Shown here: in pieces, positions 39,975 through 40,562 of the stretch | Numbering within the stretch: position 1 is the first letter of the stretch | How the letters are laid out: the number at the start of each line of letters is the position of its first letter | Assembly: GCA_050114795.1 (NCBI GenBank) | Contig: JASFRS010000003.1 | Coordinates: 1 to 40,562 of the forward strand | Reading direction: 5' to 3' | DNA from: Sphingomonadales bacterium | GTDB lineage: Bacteria > Pseudomonadota > Alphaproteobacteria > Sphingomonadales > CAKZYD01 | DNA length: 40,562 nucleotides | Program-made: the position numbers and the translations under genes | Notes under the pieces: model-generated | Seen by the model: only the letters and a program-made list of their open reading frames with translations | Told to the model about the DNA's origin: nothing | Database searches by the model: none

Positions 39975-40562
39975 TTAGCGATTATCAAGGCAAATGCACC
40001 ATAAAGCCCGGCCTTGCCATCCAATGTTGATGCTCTAATGAACTTCTCGACACCGCCAGCCTTGTTTATCACGTCCACATAACTGCTCATGACTTCAATG
40101 AAGCGCGCTTGAACTTTTTCCAACAAACCGGGTTTTGCCATAACGCCGCCGCCCAAAACAATACACTGTGGTGATAAGGTCAGGCATAAATTATGGCACA
40201 TCTGCGCCAGACAATCGGCTTCAATATCCCAGGCGATATCATTGATATCCAGGTTTTCCGCAGCCACACCTGTGCGGCTTTTCATAGCGGGGCCAGACGC
40301 TAGCCCTTCGAGGCAATCATCATGGAAAGGGCAAATCCCTTCAAAATCGAGATCATCGCTGTGACGTTTGATGCGCATATGACCCAATTCAGGGTGGATC
40401 AGTCCGTGAAGCGGTTGACCGCGAACGATAACACCGCCGCCAATGCCTGTCCCAATCGTGACATAAACATGATGCGCTAAACCTTGTGCTGCGCCCCAAC
40501 GGCCTTCAGCTAAGGCTGCTGCATTCACATCCGTATCAAAGGCAATTGAAACACCCAATGCT
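39971..40562 (-). CDS. ROK family sugar kinase, probably fructokinase; 5'-truncated by the window edge
   Basis: DTDVNAAALAE, YVTIGTGIGGG, HPELGH, and Zn motif CPFHDDCLEGLASG characteristic of ROK fructokinases; frame open to the window end. Confidence 0.88.
   Translation of the reverse strand, partial: ALGVSIAFDTDVNAAALAEGRWGAAQGLAHHVYVTIGTGIGGGVIVRGQPLHGLIHPELGHMRIKRHSDDLDFEGICPFHDDCLEGLASGPAMKSRTGVAAENLDINDIAWDIEADCLAQMCHNLCLTLSPQCIVLGGGVMAKPGLLEKVQARFIEVMSSYVDVINKAGGVEKFIRASTLDGKAGLYGAFALIIAK

Overview
A densely packed core-genome segment from an alphaproteobacterium, probably Sphingomonadales-like. That call comes from gene order and recalled sequence style, not from a database search; hand-counted sample lines in two core genes are about 48% GC. 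There are 39 CDSs, nearly all housekeeping: 5'-truncated ABC-F ATPase, membrane-anchored peroxiredoxin-like protein, holC-pepA (-), lptD-surA-pdxA-rsmA (+), fabD-fabG-acpP-fabF-mltG-yicC-gmk (-), rpsF-rpsR-rplI-dnaB-alr-mlaE-mlaF-radA-cvpA-purF-SDR (+), panB, yfgM-bamB-der (-), ppx-rlmE-guaB-rsmB-like-TPR-guaA (-), a class V PLP enzyme (+), and truncated ROK fructokinase-pgi (-). I see no mobile element, CRISPR array, rRNA, intact tRNA, intein or defence system, and no clearly novel multi-gene system. The best leads are small and mostly non-coding: (1) a cloverleaf-like element upstream of ppx; (2) a perfect alphaproteobacterial LexA box nested in an 8-bp inverted repeat before radA; (3) a structured rpsF leader with an anti-Shine-Dalgarno segment; (4) a terminator-like hairpin inside the first codons of mltG; (5) two accessory-looking genes of unclear function.
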